From Lytechinus pictus (lineage: Eukaryota), in the NCBI RefSeq assembly GCF_037042905.1, contig NC_087245.1, forward strand, positions 16,246,001 through 16,310,000: 64,000 nucleotides of DNA. The letters run 5' to 3'. Below are positions 62,697 through 64,000 of this stretch, in pieces (positions within the stretch are counted from its first letter, which is position 1; the number at the start of each line of letters is the position of its first letter). The notes under the pieces are model-generated. The model was not told the DNA's origin, did no database searches, and saw only the letters and a list, made by a program, of their open reading frames with translations. Position numbers and translations under genes: made by a program.

Positions 62697-64000
62697 TTGC
62701 ATGGGAAGCATGATGGCATTTTCCGGATACTGTATACAAACATCTCAGTGGGATCTCATTAATGCATCAATAATATTTAAATCAACACATCGATATATTT
62801 CTAATACAAAAAGAATCATAATACCTTATAAATGCAATAAGCATGATTTAGCAAGGACATTAAGAAAGTTTTAGAAAAAATACGCATCTTCATTTTTTTT
62901 TTGCTTTATATTCATCTTTCAATTTGTACAATTGTATTGATCTGTTCATCAAAAATGTAATGCCACAATGAAAAAAAATTAGTTTTACAAAGTCAAAATA
63001 ATTTTTTGATATGAAAGTAAAATAGCGTCGTTAATCAACAGTGCAATAAATTCATGACTAAAATAAAGACTTTGAAAGCTCTTTTCTCATTTTTGTTTTA
63101 TTCATTTCTCTTTAGCTATAAAACTGCAGGTGAGTTCTACTTTGGTCCTTGGGATTCTATTCCTGACACATGACTTGGATTCCTGTGGTTTTTATTCTTC
63201 ACGATTTAGTACGAGTTATTTCGGATACCTAATCTGGTGTTTCCGAGTTTGGAAGATACTTGCTTACGTCACTGAAAATGGTATGAGCCCTCATAATAGA
63301 GCCTTGCACCACGCGTCAACAAGCTCCAAGGGACCAGTATCTTAAAACGAGTAGGGGCATAACAAGGCCTCTAATAGGTTCGTCTGGAAGGGGTGAGTTA
63401 TATATTCATTTTTATCTCTTAAATTTGATAATAATATGTGCACTCCAGGAGCGGATCTAGCTTTTTGCTAAAGGGGGGGGGGGGGTGGGGGCTGATTTCT
63501 CGGTTGTACTGTGTGTTGCCCAAGTTTATATCACCATTAGTGAAAATTAAGCCTACAATACGTTGCCAAGTGGTATTGTTTTATGATAATCTTCAATAGT
63601 TAGAAACTAAGAAACTGCTTGTTTTTTATTTCATTAATTTTTTTTTAACTTAAACACACATTCATCCGAATATTGATGTTTTAAGAATGATCTATACGTA
63701 TGTCAAAGTGACCATGGTGACAGCATTATATTCAGGAAACTAATTTGCTCGGGAACGATAAACTATGCTGATATTGTTTTAGTTTTGATTGTAGGCTAAA
63801 CGAATTATCTTGAAGAATACTAGTTCTAATTAAATACGAAAAGAAAATGTTTTCGATCGCAACATCATATATATATATGAAAAATACAGCAAGGTCAAAT
63901 GTACCAACATCGGATATAGATTTATAAGGAAAATGGCGATACTAAAAAGTTGTAATGAATAATTTGCTTTTAGCTAATTATGGAGATTGAGATGGGCATT

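Overview
AT-rich, intron-containing animal genomic DNA. The repeat content suggests a marine deuterostome such as a sea urchin, but that is inference. The window holds two convergent MLCK-family genes. (1) On the + strand is the 3' part of an obscurin/SPEG/UNC-89-like dual-kinase gene: 19 exons from 1825 to 35655 that I joined by hand into one open frame of about 1147 codons, with domain order Ig-Ig-kinase1-CaM-binding helix-linker-Ig-Fn3-linker-kinase2. (2) On the - strand is a compact myosin light chain kinase gene: 11 coding exons from 60363 to 46530, about 429 aa, Fn3-kinase-CaM-binding helix. Main points of interest: a 10-kb U12-type (minor spliceosome) intron in kinase 1 whose homologous position is an ordinary U2 intron in the neighbouring paralog and has no intron in kinase 2; a composite exon that switches between a one-kinase and a two-kinase isoform; and an unexplained 308-aa intronless ORF, predicted tail-anchored and rich in basophilic kinase sites, nested in the inter-kinase intron. 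Introns and the intergenic region carry Kolobok-like, hAT, Tc1/mariner-like and Helentron-like non-autonomous elements, tRNA-derived SINEs, a truncated LINE and tandem repeats. Exon boundaries are read from the sequence only, with no transcript evidence.
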